The translations under genes were made by a program, and so were the position numbers. DNA of 64,000 nt from an uncultured Candidatus Saccharibacteria bacterium (GTDB taxonomy: Bacteria; Patescibacteriota; Minisyncoccia; Phycocordibacterales; UBA6899): the NCBI GenBank assembly GCA_964515375.1, contig CAZERF010000006.1:16133-80132 (forward strand), given 5' to 3'. The notes under the pieces were generated by a model that did no database searches, was not told the origin of the DNA, and saw nothing but the letters and a program-made list of their open reading frames with translations. Below are positions 59,130 through 64,000 of the stretch, piece after piece. The number at the start of each line of letters is the position of its first letter. The stretch's first letter is position 1.

Positions 59130-59748
59130 AAAGATACCCCAACTCCTTGAAGACACGATAATAAATGTTGATCGTTTGTTCCGCTTCGGAACGAGAGAGC
59201 GGATAGTCGGTTCCCTTGTGCGCGATCGCATTGCGTACCTTGTGCGCCTGCCACGCCTCATCGAGATACGGAAAATCACTTGCTTCGATCATCTTCATGC
59301 GTTCGCCGAGGGTGCTTCCTTCGTAACCCATTCGCTCGACGATCTCATCAAGAATATTGTCCGCCTCAAGAATACCGATCTTCCAATCTGAAGAGTTTGT
59401 GGATGCCATGTATTCTTCCACCTTCCCCCATCGGACATTCTTTTGAGCCTTCTCCGTGGTCCAGTTGAGCAAAAGTCCGAGCTTCTTGTTCTCCTCGGCG
59501 GAAAGTTCGCCGATACGCATATACGCATAGACTGCGACAGCAAGAGCCGCCATCACAACAAGCGTGGATATAAGTTTAAGAATATTGAGTACCGAAGAAA
59601 GGATCCCCGTGACCTCAGTACTCCTCCCTGCCGCACCCACCAACTCCAGCACCACAGGAAGAAAGACAAAAAGCACAACCAGAATAGCGACAAGTTCGAG
59701 TGTACTTGGTCCCGCTGGGGGTGGTGCCGGTTTCTTTGCGTCAGCCAT
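59128..59748 (-). CDS. Conserved hypothetical membrane protein
   Basis: Two TM helices; ILEADNILDE...GSTLGERMK...AWQAHKVRNAIAH. Confidence 0.75.
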   Translation of the reverse strand: MADAKKPAPPPAGPSTLELVAILVVLFVFLPVVLELVGAAGRSTEVTGILSSVLNILKLISTLVVMAALAVAVYAYMRIGELSAEENKKLGLLLNWTTEKAQKNVRWGKVEEYMASTNSSDWKIGILEADNILDEIVERMGYEGSTLGERMKMIEASDFPYLDEAWQAHKVRNAIAHKGTDYPLSRSEAEQTINIYYRVFKELGYL

Positions 59749-59768
59749 AATGAGATCCTCTTGTTTTG

Positions 59769-61208
59769 TTAGCGTTGAACATCTTCGACCACTCGCGCGG
59801 CGAGAAAAAGTCGTTCTTCAGCAAAATGTGGTGCGAGGAACTGAATGCCGATCGGGAGCACTACCCCATCGCGCTTGACCATGCCCGAAGGGACCGAGAT
59901 ACCGGGAACTCCCGCAATATTCGCGGGAACAGTGAAGATATCTTCAAGATACATCTTGATCGGATCGGATGTTTTTTCTCCGAGGCGAAAGGCCGGCGAG
60001 GTAGTGGTCGGCGTCGCAATGACGTCCACATCGGCAAACGCGCGCTCGAGATCTCGCGTGATCATGCGGCGCACCATATTTGCTTTGTTGTAATACGCAT
60101 CATAGTATCCTGCGGAAAGTACATATGTACCAAGAAGAATGCGGCGGCGCACCTCCTTACCAAACCCTTCTCCGCGTGTCGACATGTAGACACCGAGGAG
60201 ATCATCCGCGTCGTTGGAAAGTCCATAACGGATACCGTCATATCGCGCAAGGTTTGCCGAAACTTCTGCGGGCATCAAGACATAATACACCGCGAGTGCC
60301 GAAGCGAGGGAAGGAAGTTCAATGTGCTTTACCGTATGCCCCGCAACCTCAAGTGCTTTGAGTGTCGCGAAGAAATTCTCGCGCACGTCCGGATCGATGC
60401 CATCCATCGCGACAAATGAATCGGGAACTCCGATCGTGAGAGACTTCTTTGCGGGATAACGTGTCCGCATCGGATTTTCTTCGGACAAAGAGGTGCTGTC
60501 CATTGGGTCATGTCCCGCGATCGCGCGAAAGAGTATCTCGGTATCCTCAACGGTCCGCGCGAAAGGTCCGATCTGGTCGAGCGAGGACGCCATTGACATC
60601 AATCCGTAGCGAGAGACCGCACCGTAGGTCGGTTTGAGCCCCACGATTCCACACAGTGCCGCGGGTTGGCGGATCGACCCTCCGGTATCCGAACCAAGTG
60701 AGCCAAGTACGACCCTCGAAGCGACTGCAGCAGCGGAACCCCCCGAAGATCCCCCCGGAACACGGGAGAGGTCGTGAGGATTCTTGACGGGACCAAACGC
60801 GCACGTTTCCGTAGAACTTCCCATCGCAAATTCATCCATATTCGCCCGGCCGACAATGACCGCTCCCGCATCACGGAGTTTTGTGATGACCGTCGCATCA
60901 TAGACCGCACGATGGTTCGCGAGGATCTTCGATCCGGACGAAGAGATCTTACCCTTCACGAGCATGTTGTCCTTTACTGCCAAAGGTATTCCGGTCAACG
61001 CAGTCGCCTTCCCTTCTGCGATCATACGATCGGCACGCAGAGCATCGGCAAGTGCGTCGTCAAAAAACTCGGCAAAGGCATTCGTGTCGGCATTGGATTT
61101 TTTTGCGGACGAGAGAGAGGACTCGACAAGTTCTCGTGCGGAAAATTCCTTTGCGGCAAGCTTCCGCGCGGCGGATGCGATAGTGAGCGTGGAGAGGTCG
61201 ATGGTCAT
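59769..61208 (-). CDS. gatA: Glu/Asp-tRNA amidotransferase subunit A
   Basis: [53 protein letters not shown]. Confidence 0.97.
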   Translation of the reverse strand: MTIDLSTLTIASAARKLAAKEFSARELVESSLSSAKKSNADTNAFAEFFDDALADALRADRMIAEGKATALTGIPLAVKDNMLVKGKISSSGSKILANHRAVYDATVITKLRDAGAVIVGRANMDEFAMGSSTETCAFGPVKNPHDLSRVPGGSSGGSAAAVASRVVLGSLGSDTGGSIRQPAALCGIVGLKPTYGAVSRYGLMSMASSLDQIGPFARTVEDTEILFRAIAGHDPMDSTSLSEENPMRTRYPAKKSLTIGVPDSFVAMDGIDPDVRENFFATLKALEVAGHTVKHIELPSLASALAVYYVLMPAEVSANLARYDGIRYGLSNDADDLLGVYMSTRGEGFGKEVRRRILLGTYVLSAGYYDAYYNKANMVRRMITRDLERAFADVDVIATPTTTSPAFRLGEKTSDPIKMYLEDIFTVPANIAGVPGISVPSGMVKRDGVVLPIGIQFLAPHFAEERLFLAARVVEDVQR

Positions 61209-61213
61209 GATGG

Positions 61214-61516
61214 TCAGATTATCTTTTGTACTTTGACATACCCACTCTCAGAATCGGGAGCATTGGCAAGAATGTCTTCCGTATAGGTGCCACCCGAGAG
61301 CGGGTCCGCGTCGGGGCGCATCACATTGCGCAGGTCTCCCGCACGCACGATCGGCGGCAATTCGTCCGGAGAAACTTCCTCGGTCGCAACCTTCCCGATC
61401 TCGGAAACATAGGTCAATACAGAATCAAGCTGGGCGGCAAAATACTCCTTTTCTTCCTCGGAGATCGCCACACGCGCGAGCACGGAAAGATGCTCAATAT
61501 CTTCTTTGGTCAACAT
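61214..61516 (-). CDS. gatC: Glu/Asp-tRNA amidotransferase subunit C
   Basis: EDIEHLSVLARV, NVMRPD, ILANAP, YVKVQKII. Confidence 0.93.
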   Translation of the reverse strand: MLTKEDIEHLSVLARVAISEEEKEYFAAQLDSVLTYVSEIGKVATEEVSPDELPPIVRAGDLRNVMRPDADPLSGGTYTEDILANAPDSESGYVKVQKII

Positions 61517-61579
61517 GGTCTTATCCTACCCTATTTTACGAAAGGCGAAAAGGAGGCGGGCAAGCACCGCAGCCGCATA

Positions 61580-63652
<2,073 letters not shown>

Positions 63653-63672
63653 TCAAAATGACGGTCGTTCGC

Positions 63673-63999
63673 TCAAATATTACTGGTGACCTGTATCGTA
63701 CGGTTTGCACGACGAGGATTCGTCTCGTCACACGTATTGAATCCGTTTGCGGTAAACACCGTTCCACCGATGAGTGTCTTGCGCACGTGCACCTGGGCAC
63801 AGGTTGCGTTGTCTATGTAATGGATCCAGAATGTCGCTTCACCGGTTCCAGGAGTACGTGTCTCTTGCCAATTTGACTGCGCGGGGCTTGTCATTGCTAT
63901 CCGTTGTCCATCGCAAACAATGTTTCCACGAGGATACAGTGTAAAATCAAGCACCCAAGGAGAGACGTAGTCGGTTGAAGTCGGATAGATAGAATACGG
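63673..63999 (-). CDS. Hypothetical protein, C-terminal part (runs off window)
   Basis: Frame open to the window edge (PYSIYPTSTDYVSPWVLDF...); beta-rich with Cys. Confidence 0.55.
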   Translation of the reverse strand, partial: PYSIYPTSTDYVSPWVLDFTLYPRGNIVCDGQRIAMTSPAQSNWQETRTPGTGEATFWIHYIDNATCAQVHVRKTLIGGTVFTANGFNTCDETNPRRANRTIQVTSNI

Positions 64000-64000
64000 C

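Overview
Ordinary chromosomal segment, most likely from a Patescibacteria/CPR bacterium (Parcubacteria-like). This assignment is inferred from gene content and order (ligA-gatC-gatA, prfB-ftsE...ftsX-pyrG), a shortened RF2, few Shine-Dalgarno sites and a heptamer repeat. Genetic code 11. It carries core genes (eno, pyrG, ftsEX, prfB, gatAC, ligA, mltG, PBP1A, PIF1-like helicase, ABC-F), six tRNAs, many envelope/peptidoglycan genes, two efflux modules with their regulators and operators, a crtI-like/ABC1-kinase pair, two gene remnants and several self-contained orphan genes. No integrase, transposase, CRISPR or prophage was seen. The most unusual signals are: (1) a three-unit array behind tRNA-Asp in which each unit restarts with the tRNA 3' end, contains an inverted copy of it, and keeps its hairpins through compensatory changes; (2) two tandem paralogous mini-genes whose proteins are ~34% identical but whose 3' ends/terminators are almost identical and whose 5' leaders are conserved; (3) a 127-nt hairpin containing an inverted copy of the ftsE 3' end; (4) a three-way-junction leader on a peroxiredoxin; (5) an apparently active/inactive M14 peptidase pair; (6) pervasive leaderless gene starts. 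All family calls come from motif recognition by eye; no database search was run.
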